From: Alphaproteobacteria bacterium
Lineage (GTDB): Bacteria; Pseudomonadota; Alphaproteobacteria; UBA6615
Direction of reading: 5' to 3'
NCBI GenBank assembly: GCA_965261975.1
Contig: CBDHEC010000035.1
Span: forward strand, 1 to 25,624
Length of the DNA stretch: 25,624 nt
Part shown: positions 25,423 to 25,624 of the stretch, piece by piece
Layout: every line of letters begins with the position of its first letter
How positions within the stretch are numbered: position 1 is the stretch's first letter
Notes under the pieces: generated by a model
Database searches by the model: none
Told to the model about the DNA's origin: nothing
The model's input: the letters and a program-made list of their open reading frames with translations, nothing else
Made by a program: the position numbers and the translations under genes

Positions 25423-25624
25423 ATGACCGAACATGACAGCGAAAACCTGAACAAGTCGATCGACGCCATGCTCGACATCGTCGCGACCGATGGCTGGTCG
25501 GCGATCACGCTCGATGCGGTTGCGTTACACGCGGGTCTGGCACCGTCGGACGTGCGTGCATTGTGCGCCGACAGGGGGGCATTGCTCGATGCTTATGCCC
25601 GCCGTGTCGATGCGGCCGCTTGCG
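25423..25624 (+). CDS. TetR/AcrR-like transcriptional regulator, N-terminal part (runs off the right edge)
   Basis: Hand translation MTEHDSENLNKSIDAMLDIVATDGWSAITLDAVALHAGLAPSDVRALCADRGALLDAYARRVD shows the TetR-type HTH pattern (GW..ITL..VA..AG); GGAG SD. Confidence 0.75.
   Translation, partial: MTEHDSENLNKSIDAMLDIVATDGWSAITLDAVALHAGLAPSDVRALCADRGALLDAYARRVDAAAC

Noticed and set aside
1-25624. CRISPR arrays, IS elements, prophage, integrases, rRNA/tRNA, defence systems
   Set aside because: No spaced direct repeats, terminal repeats or such protein motifs seen; nearly all sequence is explained by housekeeping genes with short gaps.

Overview
GC-rich alphaproteobacterial chromosomal segment (gene order and protein style suggest Rhodospirillales-like; this is inference), densely packed with about 30 mostly core genes. 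From left to right: a MoxR-DUF58-BatA/vWA cluster (-); DUF1285-nudL-cca (+); two tandem paralogous secreted hypothetical proteins, hemF and trmL (-); petABC with an intrinsic terminator, a beta-keto acid cleavage enzyme, MTA phosphorylase and a VOC protein (+); dienelactone hydrolase, ychF, pth, rplY and prs (-); an uncharacterised two-repeat lipoprotein, pgeF, a MidA/NDUFAF7 methyltransferase, lgt and hldD (-); then ubiK, a YbjN-domain gene, proC and the start of a TetR-like gene (+). I saw no rRNA, tRNA, CRISPR array, integrase or transposase, and I cannot point to a large, clearly new system. The best leads are small-scale: (1) tandem NrdR-box-like sites forming a 49-bp inverted repeat, with DnaA-box-like sites nearby, upstream of a non-RNR gene (ybjN-like); (2) an unannotated 21-aa hydrophobic ORF ending in a lipobox-like motif inside the lgt operon; (3) the diverged pair of secreted beta-rich paralogs; (4) Gln in place of the third catalytic carboxylate of the CCA-adding enzyme; (5) structured leaders before rplY and prs; (6) a BKACE gene coupled to mtnP. 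All calls come from reading motifs by eye; no database search was run.
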